The notes beneath the pieces are model-generated. The model worked only from the letters and a program-made list of their open reading frames with translations, searched no databases and was not told where the DNA came from. From the IMG/VR virus record IMGVR_UViG_3300032296_001854: a stretch of DNA of 64,000 bases; one strand, written 5' to 3'. The stretch's first letter is position 1; every line of letters begins with the position of its first letter. The stretch comes from an uncultured virus (IMG/VR IMGVR_UViG_3300032296_001854) (taxonomy: Duplodnaviria > Heunggongvirae > Uroviricota > Caudoviricetes). The position numbers and the translations under genes are program-made. This document shows, piece by piece, positions 19,779-30,492 of the stretch.

Positions 19779-22055
19779 ATGGATTCTAAGCAAGGCCTAA
19801 ACTTAGGCGGCTCCCATAGCGGCGCTGCTGCAAGTAACATGCAACGGTTTGAGTCTTCTGCTCGAGGCGCAAATAATAACTTGCTGCAAATGGCAAGTAC
19901 GCTTCAGAGCAGAATTTTGCCTACTCTTTCATCTGCTGAGCAGATGCTTGCTCGTTTAGGTTCTCGCGCTAAAAATGTTTTCTCTGGTATGGGTGGCGGC
20001 GGTAGTTCTAATACCGTCATGGCACAACCTAGTTTCTCTAATACTGGTAACAATACAACTCCTGGAGGACCTACTCCACCATCTGGTGGTGGGGGTGGCG
20101 GCGGTGGTGGCACCGCACAACCTGCGGGTAACCAGCCTAGAGGCAACACAGTATTTCAACAGCCAGCTAATACTGCTGGAACAATTGCAGCCGCAGCGGT
20201 TACCGCTGGTGGCATTGCCATGCCTTCAGTTGATGAGGCATTCAGAATGCAGTTATACACTGCACGTGGTGGACTCGTTCTTGGCGGAGCCTATGGAAGA
20301 GCAGGCGGAACATATAACGGTGTAGGACAACCAATCAGCGGTAGTGGTGCTAGTTCTTACAACGACACTAGAGATTTATTAAATAGGATGGCCAAGTCAG
20401 GCACAGTAAAAGATGAGTTTGACCCTGCTCGTTCTTTGCAAGTAATGCGACAGAGTGGGTTATATGGAGGCTCTTCAGCAAACGCTGCACAGCTTGCCAT
20501 GGGCGCTGCACAGATGTCTAACTTAACTCCTGGTATTGGAGTTGAAGGTGCTATGCAAGCGCAAGGCGCTGTACAACGTGGACGTTCTGTAAACATGTTA
20601 AGGGCAGTTGGTATTCGTATTCGTGATGACCAAGGCAACATGAAACCACTACCTCAAATTATTGATGAGTTGTGGATGAAGCTTGAAAGAGAAAAGCGTA
20701 AGAACGGCGGTAGTGGCAGCACGCTACGAGACGTACAAATATCTTTACAACCAGGTAATGCTCTTGCAACCATGCTTGATAACCTATTTGGAAATGACCC
20801 ATACCTAAGAGCTCAGGTAGAAGACGGTCTTTTGTTTAAAGCTCAAAGCGGCGGCATGAGTATGTCTGACCCAAGAGCTGCAAAGAAGATGGAGCAACTA
20901 GGGTTTACAACCTTTGCTGCCAAAATGCAGAGCCAAAGAACAGCACAAGCAGCAGAGTTTATCTCTCAAACTGCTCCAGCTATGGCTGATGCTAAGGGTA
21001 GAGCTGACCAAATACTTTCATACATTAGTGGTTTCTTTACTGAGGTTGAAAAATTTACAGGTTTAATTAGCGTTCTAGGTGGAACTAAGGGATTCTTTGA
21101 AACTCTTGGCGGAGGTGGTAAGGGTGGACTAGGTGGTTTCTTTGCATCACTAATTCCAAACCCTGTTGCGTCTGCTATTACTGGATTATTTAAAGCTGAC
21201 GGAGGTCCTGTAGAAGAACAGCGTCCGTACATTGTTGGTGAGCGCGGACCCGAACTATTTATGCCTAAAACAGATGGCGTAATTATCCCTAACGACGAAT
21301 TAAAGAACTACCCATTCCGACACGCTGGTGGCGCTGTAAAGGGAAAAAAGGGACACATAGATTTAAACGATAAGTCTTCTAATGAAGACTTTGCTAAAGC
21401 TATGTTGTTACATTTAAATGCGCCCATGACTAAAGATGCTATTGAAGCTTTGAAGATATGGCAGAACTTTGAAGGCGGACACTTCCAAAACTCCGCTAAG
21501 TACAACCCTCTTAACACTACATATGATAAGTACTCTAACAAATCTATGAATAGTGTTGGGGTAAAAATTTACGATAGTTGGGATGATGGACTACATGCAA
21601 CTATTGAAACTCTTACTGGGGCTAAAGCTGGAGCACGAGGTTACTCAGATATTGTTAAAGCTTTGCAAGGTGGAGCTAATAAAGAAGAGATTCTTGCTGC
21701 AATTAATAACTCAGCTTGGGTAACAGGTAAGACTGGTCAGAACCCATATAAGTTTAGTAAAAACCAAAGTGCGTCCGATTTTTCTGGTTTTTCTGGCATG
21801 GAACCAAAAGATGGGGGACTACTATCTGGCTCAACTTCAAACTCTTCTTTAGCTAAGCTCGTAGAAAATTTTTGGGATAGTTCAAAAAAGATGCAGCAAC
21901 AAGCTGCAGCTCAAGGAGCTCAAACAACTAATAACTACAGTATGGGTGGAGTTTCAATTAAAGTAGACGGAGGCAGCGGTGCTATAGGCATTGCTGAAGC
22001 TCTTAAAAAGATTTTGTCAGACAAAGATTTATTTAAACAAGCGATGGGGTCATAA
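19779..22055 (+). CDS. Tape measure protein with a C-terminal lysozyme-fold muralytic domain
   Basis: A/G/M-rich helical body, 'ADGGPV...YIVGERGPELF', and 'EGG...YNPLNTT...YDSWDDGLHATIETL'. Confidence 0.85.
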   Translation: MDSKQGLNLGGSHSGAAASNMQRFESSARGANNNLLQMASTLQSRILPTLSSAEQMLARLGSRAKNVFSGMGGGGSSNTVMAQPSFSNTGNNTTPGGPTPPSGGGGGGGGGTAQPAGNQPRGNTVFQQPANTAGTIAAAAVTAGGIAMPSVDEAFRMQLYTARGGLVLGGAYGRAGGTYNGVGQPISGSGASSYNDTRDLLNRMAKSGTVKDEFDPARSLQVMRQSGLYGGSSANAAQLAMGAAQMSNLTPGIGVEGAMQAQGAVQRGRSVNMLRAVGIRIRDDQGNMKPLPQIIDELWMKLEREKRKNGGSGSTLRDVQISLQPGNALATMLDNLFGNDPYLRAQVEDGLLFKAQSGGMSMSDPRAAKKMEQLGFTTFAAKMQSQRTAQAAEFISQTAPAMADAKGRADQILSYISGFFTEVEKFTGLISVLGGTKGFFETLGGGGKGGLGGFFASLIPNPVASAITGLFKADGGPVEEQRPYIVGERGPELFMPKTDGVIIPNDELKNYPFRHAGGAVKGKKGHIDLNDKSSNEDFAKAMLLHLNAPMTKDAIEALKIWQNFEGGHFQNSAKYNPLNTTYDKYSNKSMNSVGVKIYDSWDDGLHATIETLTGAKAGARGYSDIVKALQGGANKEEILAAINNSAWVTGKTGQNPYKFSKNQSASDFSGFSGMEPKDGGLLSGSTSNSSLAKLVENFWDSSKKMQQQAAAQGAQTTNNYSMGGVSIKVDGGSGAIGIAEALKKILSDKDLFKQAMGS

Positions 22056-23407
22056 TGCCAATTCCACTAGCTGTTCCGTTAGCTTTAGGCGCTATTAGGG
22101 TAGGCGCCGCTGTACTTACTCGTTCTCGTGCAGTAAGCGCTGCAAAAATTGCAGTTAACGTTTCTACTAAAACTAAAGCTGGTGGAACAGTAAAGTCTGT
22201 TGTTAATAAGACCGTTAAGAACCCAACTGTTAAGACAGTTAGTGTTAGCGCTAAAGCAGCAAAGACTGGAAAAACAGCTACAGCCGTAGTAGCACCAACT
22301 TTAGTAACTCGTGTACTAGGATTTGCAAAAGCAGCTGGGCCTACCGCTGGTCCAGCAGGAACTGTAGCTTCTGCATTAGCTGGTAGCGCTGCTTGGTATT
22401 TGACAAATAAAAAGAAAAAAAGCGGAACTGGAACAGGTAATAGACCCCTTGGTCAAGGAAGTAAAAAAGGCGGTAAAGGTGGAGACAGCGCATCTGGAAC
22501 TCAAGCAACTCCCGTAATACCAACACCTAACGGATTTAAATTTAATTTACCACCTCATAGTTGGAGCTTACCTACAAGACCTCAAGTAGTAGTTCCTGGA
22601 ATATCTAACAGCGTGGCTGAAAATGTTGTGCAACACGGGCTTAGAAGAGGAAGACTTTGGTATTTTGATAATGCTGGAATCATATCTACCTATGACTACG
22701 ACACTGGAAAAGTTAGTAGCGAAAAAACAAAAGCAGAAGAAAGACTTAAAGAAGGAAAATTCAAAGGAGACAAAAGTACTATAACCTATAGCAAGGATAT
22801 GTATAACTATGGATTCCAATTCCTTTGGAACCCAGAATCAATTTCCCTTAGTGTTAACAGAAATATGGAGGTAACTCCAACTGCAGCTGACGTTTACACC
22901 TCTGTGTCTGGAGCGTTTCCTGGTCAAGAGAGTATTTCTTTTACTGTTGTCCTAGACAGAACAAATGACATGGCATGTATACGCGGTCAGTCTGGAAATT
23001 TGAAAGAGTTTACATCTTTCTATAGTAGTGGGAAACACCCATTAGCTGGTAATACCCCAACAATTGAGGAACAAATAGAAGAGCTCTCTCGTATAGGAAC
23101 AATGCACGATATTGAATATCTTTTAAAAGCTATTAATGGCGATGGGGTTAGTACAGAAAACCAACCTGGTGGTTGGACAAACTTATTAGGTAAAAAGACA
23201 GCAGATATTGGATACCTACAACCTTCTCTTCTTGCTTTTGAATTTGGCGGAGACCCCTTAGACCCTACTAACCAAAGCGCACTATCTTACGTGGGTTGGA
23301 TTAGTTCTTTATCAATAAATCACACAGCGTTTACTGAAGGCATGGTGCCAATTAGAAGCAACGTATCAATTGCCTTTGATTGTTTCGCTGGTTCGGCAAT
23401 GGTATAG
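22055..23407 (+). CDS. Tail tube initiator/baseplate protein with a long basic low-complexity N-terminus
   Basis: 'FQFLWNPESI', 'ISFTVVLDR', 'FTEGMVPIRSNVSI'; follows the tape measure gene. Confidence 0.65.
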   Translation: MPIPLAVPLALGAIRVGAAVLTRSRAVSAAKIAVNVSTKTKAGGTVKSVVNKTVKNPTVKTVSVSAKAAKTGKTATAVVAPTLVTRVLGFAKAAGPTAGPAGTVASALAGSAAWYLTNKKKKSGTGTGNRPLGQGSKKGGKGGDSASGTQATPVIPTPNGFKFNLPPHSWSLPTRPQVVVPGISNSVAENVVQHGLRRGRLWYFDNAGIISTYDYDTGKVSSEKTKAEERLKEGKFKGDKSTITYSKDMYNYGFQFLWNPESISLSVNRNMEVTPTAADVYTSVSGAFPGQESISFTVVLDRTNDMACIRGQSGNLKEFTSFYSSGKHPLAGNTPTIEEQIEELSRIGTMHDIEYLLKAINGDGVSTENQPGGWTNLLGKKTADIGYLQPSLLAFEFGGDPLDPTNQSALSYVGWISSLSINHTAFTEGMVPIRSNVSIAFDCFAGSAMV

Positions 23408-23415
23408 GAGTAGAC

Positions 23416-23697
23416 GTGTCTATATTTGCAGGCTCTCGATATGAGTATTCAACTATTGATTTTTTCTCAGTAATTGCAGGTGAATCAGAAAACCCTACCG
23501 TGTTCTATGAGTTTGACGACTTAGGCCTTACCTCGTATCAAAACCACAGATATTTATCTGGTGAACGTCTAGACCAACTTGCATATCGTTATTACAGCCG
23601 TCCTGAAATGTGGTGGATAATTGCTGAATACAACCCACAAATTGACGACCATGAAAATATTCCTAATGGAACAATATTAAGGATACCTAGTGTCTAA
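23416..23697 (+). CDS. LysM-like baseplate wedge protein (tail X / gp53-like)
   Basis: SD AGGAG then GTG at 23416; 'GERLDQLAYRYY..PEMWWIIAEYNP...GTILRIP'. Confidence 0.85.
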   Translation: MSIFAGSRYEYSTIDFFSVIAGESENPTVFYEFDDLGLTSYQNHRYLSGERLDQLAYRYYSRPEMWWIIAEYNPQIDDHENIPNGTILRIPSV

Positions 23698-25036
23698 TTT
23701 TATATCTATTAAATTTCCTAATGCGTCTGTAAATCCAACATACGTTTATTCATTAACCCTACATCAAAAGTTTTACGAACATGAAATGATTTCTATGACT
23801 TTTAAAGATTGGGCATACTCTTTTGATAATGTTAAACCTGGTACACCAGTTGAGATTGTGCTAAGGTCAGCAAAAGATAGCAGAGACTTTTATGGATACG
23901 TTCACCACGTTGAAGCAGATAAAACTCCAGGAAAAGATTTTGTTACTGTCCACTGCATTGGCGGCTCATTTCCTTTAAAACAGTCAAGTCAGTTGTCATA
24001 CAAAAATGTAACAGCAAATATGGTTGTAGAAGAGATAGCAAAAAAACATGGACTTGTTGCTATTGCAGAACCTCATCCACGCATATTCCAACAAATAGCT
24101 CACCCAGGACTAACGGATTGGCAAATGCTTGTAAAACTTGCAAAACAAGTTGGGTGGGGGCTTCGCTCAGAAAATACAGAAATTTATTTTCAACCACTAT
24201 TAGAGGATTATAAGACGTACCGAGCTCAGGCTCCTAAGTTCTTTCAAAAACCTGTCGGTCACGGGTTTGGTGGTATTTATAGTTTTACTCCAATTATTGG
24301 AGACTCTATAAATTACGATGGCGACGTTAAAGCTGCAGTTGCTATAGGTGGTGTAGACAAGACTACTAAGTCCGCATTAAAAACCACTAGACAAAAAAGA
24401 CGCAAGGTAACCAGACGCAGAACTCAAGATGAGTTTTTTGATAGATACAACACTGATGCCGTTGCTCCTAGCCTTGAGATTATGGATTACGAAGCTGAAG
24501 CAGCGGAATTAAGAAACGCATTTCCGTACAGAGCCACGGTTAAGGTTATTGGACAAACACGTTTAAGACCAGGAATGCCAGTGTACCTAGGGAACCTTGG
24601 TAAAGACTATTCTGGTTTTTGGACCGTGCTTGGTACAGAACATCATTACGAAGAAACTCAAACAAGGGTGTATACCTATACAACTACACTAACTGTTGGA
24701 ACTGACTCTCTTGGTGGAGCAGTTCGTTGGGATGACGGAGAGACAATTGAAGCTCCAGAGGGAACCGTAAAAAGAGTAATTGTTCCTGGTAAAAAACAGA
24801 CTAGACAAAGACCAAAAACAAAACTAGTTAGAACAGGTATAAAAATTGGACCTCAAACTAAAGGCAGTTTTGGAAAAATACAAAATAGGCCTAAAATAGT
24901 CAGTGCCAAAAACAGCACTGCTGTTTGGAAGACGGGTTCTAAAAACCTATCTAAATCTAAATCAACTAACCCAGAAAAGAAACGTTCACCCGTCATAGCG
25001 GCTAGGGTACAAAAAGCAGCAGCGAGGGCCAGATGA
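23690..25036 (+). CDS. Baseplate hub protein (gpD/gp27-like)
   Basis: 'IAKKHGL', 'TDWQMLVKLA', 'LRPGMPV.L..LG..YSGFWTV..TEH'; basic C-terminal tail. Confidence 0.85.
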   Translation: MSNFISIKFPNASVNPTYVYSLTLHQKFYEHEMISMTFKDWAYSFDNVKPGTPVEIVLRSAKDSRDFYGYVHHVEADKTPGKDFVTVHCIGGSFPLKQSSQLSYKNVTANMVVEEIAKKHGLVAIAEPHPRIFQQIAHPGLTDWQMLVKLAKQVGWGLRSENTEIYFQPLLEDYKTYRAQAPKFFQKPVGHGFGGIYSFTPIIGDSINYDGDVKAAVAIGGVDKTTKSALKTTRQKRRKVTRRRTQDEFFDRYNTDAVAPSLEIMDYEAEAAELRNAFPYRATVKVIGQTRLRPGMPVYLGNLGKDYSGFWTVLGTEHHYEETQTRVYTYTTTLTVGTDSLGGAVRWDDGETIEAPEGTVKRVIVPGKKQTRQRPKTKLVRTGIKIGPQTKGSFGKIQNRPKIVSAKNSTAVWKTGSKNLSKSKSTNPEKKRSPVIAARVQKAAARAR

Positions 25037-25578
25037 AAAACTATAACGAAAAGTTTTACGGTCTATATGAAGGCATTTGCTCAGACGTAGATGACCCAGA
25101 TAAAGAAAACCGTATTAAGTTACAGGTGCCGCAGGTGCTTGGTGAAGACATTACCGAATGGGCTAGACCCTGCCTTCCTGTAACCTCTAATAGCAACCAC
25201 CCAGACCATAAGAAACATTTAGCATCTGAAGTTGCAGCTTTGTTACAGGCTCACGCTAATCATTCTGAAACTATTGGAACTACAAGTAATAGCGTTCCTG
25301 GTGTTACTGGTGGCGGTTCTCACAGTCACTCTATTACTATTAACCTTGCTCACACCAACAACCACACTGGTAAGAGCCCAGACACTACATACTTTTTAGA
25401 CCACCCACACGAGACCGACCCTGATGAAGACAATAAGCACAACGATGACCAAGAGATAACCACGGACCAACCACACCACACCCCACACAGATTGGTGCCA
25501 AAGATTGGTCAAAAAGTATGGGTTATGTTTATTGGTGGGGACCCTAACTTTCCAGTATGGATGGGAGTAGAACTTTAA
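25033..25578 (+). CDS. Baseplate spike gpV/gp5 OB-fold protein with a His-rich insert
   Basis: 'YGLYEG...DPDKENRIKLQVPQ...WARP' and 'PKIGQKVWVMFIGGDPNFPVWMG'. Confidence 0.85.
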   Translation: MKNYNEKFYGLYEGICSDVDDPDKENRIKLQVPQVLGEDITEWARPCLPVTSNSNHPDHKKHLASEVAALLQAHANHSETIGTTSNSVPGVTGGGSHSHSITINLAHTNNHTGKSPDTTYFLDHPHETDPDEDNKHNDDQEITTDQPHHTPHRLVPKIGQKVWVMFIGGDPNFPVWMGVEL

Positions 25579-25982
25579 TGGAAACACCAGCAGCAATATC
25601 TTTGCCCTTTTCATTTAACTCTAACGGCTCATTGACCGTTAGCACAGACCCTAAAAAAATATGGCAAGACCGAGTAACTATTGCGGTCATGACCTACTTT
25701 GGAGAAAGGGTGATGCGCCCTAACTACGGAAGCGGTGCAAAAGGTGCGGTGTTTGAAAACGCTGATACCGCTAAATCTGTTATTAACGAGGCTGTAAGCA
25801 AGGCATTCTCAGTATGGCTATCTCCGCTAAAGCTTACAAACATTAAATACAGGTACGAGAACAACCAGGTTGATAGCTTTGAAGTGTTTTATACATACGG
25901 CGGCGGCGGTATAGCAGAGAGTGTAACTATCAATACTGCTATCCTAAGCAGGGCCGCAGAACAGGTACTGGAGGTTAGATAA
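25578..25982 (+). CDS. Baseplate wedge protein gp25/gpW
   Basis: 'ISLPF', 'GERVMRPNYGS'; ATG overlaps the upstream TAA. Confidence 0.9.
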   Translation: METPAAISLPFSFNSNGSLTVSTDPKKIWQDRVTIAVMTYFGERVMRPNYGSGAKGAVFENADTAKSVINEAVSKAFSVWLSPLKLTNIKYRYENNQVDSFEVFYTYGGGGIAESVTINTAILSRAAEQVLEVR

Positions 25983-27694
25983 TGTCAGAACAAAACTATA
26001 TCCCGCAGGTTGACTATACCTCTAGGGACTACGCAGCTCTTAGGGAAGACTTAACTGAGTTAATTCCTTTCTTTGCTCCGCAATGGACAAACAGAGACCC
26101 GTCTGACTTTGGCATGGCTATCTTAGAGTTGTTCTCCTATGTAGCTGATGGTCTACATTTTTATATAGACCGAACAGTAAATGAGTCGTTTATTGATACT
26201 GCTAGTCAAAGAGAAAGCGTGCTGCAAATTGCTCAACTGTTGGGATATACACCAACAAAAACTACTCCTTCTGCAGCATTGCTTACTTTTCAAAATTCGA
26301 CAGCTAGCATCATCGCTGTTCCAGCTAAAACAAAAGTTGCTGCTAACGTAACTAACAACGGCGTTGTAACACAAGTAATTTTTGAAACAGACTCTGCTGT
26401 TCAAGTCCCAGCTAAAACTTTAGGTACTAATGGTTCTGCTACAGTAACCGCTACACAAGGTGAAACTGTATACGATGAGGTTATTGGAACATCTGACGGA
26501 ACAGCAAATCAAGAGTTTGAGTTGTCAGAAAGCCCAGTAATTAATGGAAGTATAACTATAAATGTTAACGGTGTTATCTATACCGAAGTCCCATACTTGG
26601 TTGACTACAGCGGTTATGACCCAGTGTTTTCTACTTATACAAACTCTGAAAAAACAACTTTTATAAAATTTGGAGACAGCATTAGTGGACGCATCCCGTT
26701 AAACGGAGTGCAAATGACTGCTACTTACAGAGTTGGCGGCGGTCTTTCTGGAAATATTCCAGTTAACACAATTAAGTTTATTAAAACAAATGCGGTAGCA
26801 GGATTATCAGTTAACAACCAAGATGTTGGTTTAGTATCTGGAGCCGCTGTTGGAGGAGCTGACGAAGAAGCAACTGACTCTATTAGAGTTAATGCTCCTA
26901 AATCTATTAGAGCATTAAACCGTGCAGTTTCTCTTTCAGATTATGCTTCTCTTGTAATTCAGGTAGCTGGTGTTGCTAAGGCCGTATCAACAGCCGACGT
27001 GTACAGCAGCGTTACTGTTTATTTTGCCCCATACGGTGACAGCGGTCTACAAAGCGACGGTGTTACTTCTTCCCTAGTCTTTAATAATTTAAAAACAGAG
27101 ATTGAAGAGTATTTAGTAGATAAAATTCCTGCTGGAACTACTGTTACGCTGCAACCGCCGTCATACGTAAATTGTACAGTTGTAGGAAGTATTATTGTTC
27201 TTCCAACATATAGACAAGACCAAGTTAAAGCTGCTGTTGAAGATGCGGTACGAGAGCTATTTGCTTTTGATAACGTTGTGTTTAATGACTACATTGGTTA
27301 TACAGATGTATTAAAGACTATTGACTCTGTAGAAGGCGTAAGCCGAGCTAACCTACAAAAGCTTGTAAGAACTGCAAATGACCAAACATTTACTATTAAT
27401 AATAAAGCACTTAATAATAGTGTGGCAACCCTTACGACTTCCGTAAACCATAATATTACTGTAGGTCAGGTTGTTAACGTGACGGGCGTTGATAGCACGT
27501 TTAATGGAATCTTTAGAGTCACTGCTAAGACTAACAACACATTTTCTTTTGAGTGTGTTGCTACAAATGTTAGCTCTACCGCAGCTGTTGGTTCGGTAAC
27601 TGTATACGAAGTTAATGACATAGAGTGCGCTAAGAGTGAGCTACCTCAACTATCTAGTCTAACCATTGCGGCCTCTGGAGGTATTGTTATCTAA
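25982..27694 (+). CDS. Baseplate J-like protein
   Basis: 'DYTSRDY', 'WTNRDPSDFG', 'GGADEE', 'RAVSLSDY'. Confidence 0.93.
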   Translation: MSEQNYIPQVDYTSRDYAALREDLTELIPFFAPQWTNRDPSDFGMAILELFSYVADGLHFYIDRTVNESFIDTASQRESVLQIAQLLGYTPTKTTPSAALLTFQNSTASIIAVPAKTKVAANVTNNGVVTQVIFETDSAVQVPAKTLGTNGSATVTATQGETVYDEVIGTSDGTANQEFELSESPVINGSITINVNGVIYTEVPYLVDYSGYDPVFSTYTNSEKTTFIKFGDSISGRIPLNGVQMTATYRVGGGLSGNIPVNTIKFIKTNAVAGLSVNNQDVGLVSGAAVGGADEEATDSIRVNAPKSIRALNRAVSLSDYASLVIQVAGVAKAVSTADVYSSVTVYFAPYGDSGLQSDGVTSSLVFNNLKTEIEEYLVDKIPAGTTVTLQPPSYVNCTVVGSIIVLPTYRQDQVKAAVEDAVRELFAFDNVVFNDYIGYTDVLKTIDSVEGVSRANLQKLVRTANDQTFTINNKALNNSVATLTTSVNHNITVGQVVNVTGVDSTFNGIFRVTAKTNNTFSFECVATNVSSTAAVGSVTVYEVNDIECAKSELPQLSSLTIAASGGIVI

Positions 27695-30480
27695 TGGCAC
27701 GTTACGGTCTTGATTACTATAGCGCTAAAAGTTTTCCTTTAAGCTATTACGGTCCTGACTCCCCAATTAGCTTTACTGCTGAAGACTTTTTTGGTCAATC
27801 TGTGGGATATGGTCAGGTAAATCTTACCTGGATTACCCCTACTGGAGCCTGGGCTAAACTTCGTATTGTAAAAAACAAATACGGGTACCCAATTAACATT
27901 AATGATGGTCAAACTATATTTGAAACTACTAGAGGTAACGACCCACAGTTTTACTTAGATGTAAATAGACCAAACGAACCTAAGGTATTTTACTATTCCG
28001 TTTTTGTTTTTGAAACTACTCAACTTTCCTGGGTGTTAGCTGGAAGAACAACTGGTTTATCTGTTTATAACTATGGAACACAGACCCGTTTGTACGACTA
28101 TTTGCCAGATGTGATGAAGCTCGTGTCACCATACTCTGCTGGTTCTAGCACAGACAACAAAGACCTAAAAGACTTTTTATCTGTATTTGGGTTTAAATTT
28201 GACTATATTAAATCATTAGCTCAGCTATCTAAAGAAAAATATAATACGGAAAAAACAGTTGGCACTCTTATTCCACCGTTACTAAATCAATTTGGTGTTA
28301 CCTATGAACCTGAGATTGGTTTTGAACGTTCAAGGGTTCTTCTTAGAGACGTTTTGCTTATTGAAAAGACTAAAGGCAGCCGTGACGGATTAAAGAGTTA
28401 CATAAAGGGGTTTACTGGTTGGGGGGTTCCACAACCAAACGCAACCACACCAAACCCATCTGTAGAAGGAATAACCTTAAGTCACAATATAATGTTGGAT
28501 TACAACGACTCTTCTTTTGAAGAGGGTATTGGACACTGGACTTCTCCAAACTCTTCTTCTTTGCTTTTTCAAATTGGAAAAAAAGATATATCAGCTGTAT
28601 CTATAGTCTCTAATCAAGCTCGTTTAAAGATTGGTACCCATGGGTTTGGAGTTGGACAAGAAATATTTATATTTAACTGTCCGTTTCCTATATTTAATAG
28701 TCCAATAACCACTAAGACTATTACAGCAGTAGATACAGACTCTATATATTTTGCACTTACCGCAGCAGACTTTCCATTAAGAAGTGCTTATAACTTTACA
28801 ATTGAAGAGTTTCCTTACGTTGTTCCTAATCCAAATCCTTGGGTGGAAAACACAACTCCAGCTCTTTTTCCAAATAAACGAAAAGGAATTTTAGCTGTTA
28901 AAAACGCTGATGCAACACAGCCCGCAGAAATTTATATTTCCTGTGGAGACGCAAAACCTGTCACATTAGGTATACCTGTAAAAACTGGTATTGAATATAC
29001 TTTTAGTGGATATACAGCATCTAGTGGAACTGGTCGTTCTATACAGGCAGCTATTAAATGGTACGACAGATTTGGCGCGTTGATGTCTACCTCTACAGGC
29101 AATAGCGTAACTAACTCTACAAACACTTTTAGCGCTAGGCCCTTTGTAACAGACCGTGCGCCTACTCGTTTGTTCTTAAACGCTATTACTAAACCAGGAA
29201 GTGGGTACGTAAACGGTTCTTATCAAAATGTGCCTTTAGTTTATGTGTCAGGAAAACAACCAACAATTGCTCCCTTAGCAAATATCTTTGTTGACAACGG
29301 GGCAGTGGCGTCTATTTCTATTCCTAACGGTGGAGCTGGTGCTGATACAACCACAATCTTTACTGTAAGTAACACTAACCTTGGTGGAACTGGCTCTGGT
29401 TTTGAAATTACTGTCCAAAGATGTCAAGAGTGTTATTACGCGGTTCCTCAATTTGTTTTGTCTTCTGTAGGTGCTGGAAACAGCAACGAGTATCACTACT
29501 TTGATGCTTGCCAATTTGAACAGGCAGCTTCAGTGACTTCGTACGATGACGCTAGAACCGTTCACCTTACACTAAAAGCCAACCGCATTAACGAGCTATT
29601 AAATCCTAGGTTTGAGTCACCCTATACCCCTTGGTCTGTAACCAACTCTACGGCTACAGTTGTTAGTGGAAGCGCGGAGCCTAACCTAGACTCCTACCAA
29701 ATTACATCTAAGGTAGTAAATGGCGGGGTTGCAACTTTGACTACAGATGTAGTTCACACATTTAAATCTAATGACTCTGTTGTTATTGAGAATATGGGTG
29801 CTCCTTTTGATGGAGTAAAAGTTTTAAACTCTGCTGGAGACAATGTTCTTTCTTTCCCTGTTACTGGTGGAAACGTATCAGCTACAGTTACCACAGGTCA
29901 GGTTTACAAATCTGGAAACTCCTTGCGGGTTACCTCTACTGGTACATCTCAAGTATTAGTTAAGTCAACTACAACTAGCGCCGACCTAACCAGCATTCAC
30001 TATCCAGATACAGCATATAGTTTTAGTTCTTATGTAAAAGCTGGTCAGGTTGGTGTGTCGGTTTCTGCGGTAATTGTTTGGTACAACAGCAGTAAGACTG
30101 TTATATCTACCTCTCAAGGAACCTCTAGAGCCGCCACAACAACTGGGTGGGTGAGGCCTTCTGTAACCGCCATAGCTCCGTCTAATGCAGCTTATGCACA
30201 CGTACAGCTGGTGTGGGAACCCGCAGCTCCTGGAGATATTATATATACAGACGCTGCTCTATTTGAAAATAGCTTCTTTGTATTAGATTACTTTGACGGT
30301 AGCACTGGATTTAGCTCAACAGCTGAGCTCTTCTGGGAAGGCAGCACCCCTAACGCTGGGCGCAGCCACTACTACAAGAACCGAGTCTCTATTGAAAAGC
30401 GACTTAATGCGGGTGCGCTTGATGAGTATGTTGGACTGGGGGCATCGTACGCCGTTTACCTGGCACAGCCAAAGACGTAG
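27694..30480 (+). CDS. Baseplate wedge/tail protein (P2 gpI-like) with CBM-like domains
   Basis: 'LYDYLP', 'FLSVFGF', 'KGSRDGL', and CBM-like 'DSSFEEGIGHW' and 'NPRFE'. Confidence 0.75.
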   Translation: MARYGLDYYSAKSFPLSYYGPDSPISFTAEDFFGQSVGYGQVNLTWITPTGAWAKLRIVKNKYGYPININDGQTIFETTRGNDPQFYLDVNRPNEPKVFYYSVFVFETTQLSWVLAGRTTGLSVYNYGTQTRLYDYLPDVMKLVSPYSAGSSTDNKDLKDFLSVFGFKFDYIKSLAQLSKEKYNTEKTVGTLIPPLLNQFGVTYEPEIGFERSRVLLRDVLLIEKTKGSRDGLKSYIKGFTGWGVPQPNATTPNPSVEGITLSHNIMLDYNDSSFEEGIGHWTSPNSSSLLFQIGKKDISAVSIVSNQARLKIGTHGFGVGQEIFIFNCPFPIFNSPITTKTITAVDTDSIYFALTAADFPLRSAYNFTIEEFPYVVPNPNPWVENTTPALFPNKRKGILAVKNADATQPAEIYISCGDAKPVTLGIPVKTGIEYTFSGYTASSGTGRSIQAAIKWYDRFGALMSTSTGNSVTNSTNTFSARPFVTDRAPTRLFLNAITKPGSGYVNGSYQNVPLVYVSGKQPTIAPLANIFVDNGAVASISIPNGGAGADTTTIFTVSNTNLGGTGSGFEITVQRCQECYYAVPQFVLSSVGAGNSNEYHYFDACQFEQAASVTSYDDARTVHLTLKANRINELLNPRFESPYTPWSVTNSTATVVSGSAEPNLDSYQITSKVVNGGVATLTTDVVHTFKSNDSVVIENMGAPFDGVKVLNSAGDNVLSFPVTGGNVSATVTTGQVYKSGNSLRVTSTGTSQVLVKSTTTSADLTSIHYPDTAYSFSSYVKAGQVGVSVSAVIVWYNSSKTVISTSQGTSRAATTTGWVRPSVTAIAPSNAAYAHVQLVWEPAAPGDIIYTDAALFENSFFVLDYFDGSTGFSSTAELFWEGSTPNAGRSHYYKNRVSIEKRLNAGALDEYVGLGASYAVYLAQPKT

Positions 30481-30492
30481 TAGGATAGCGGC

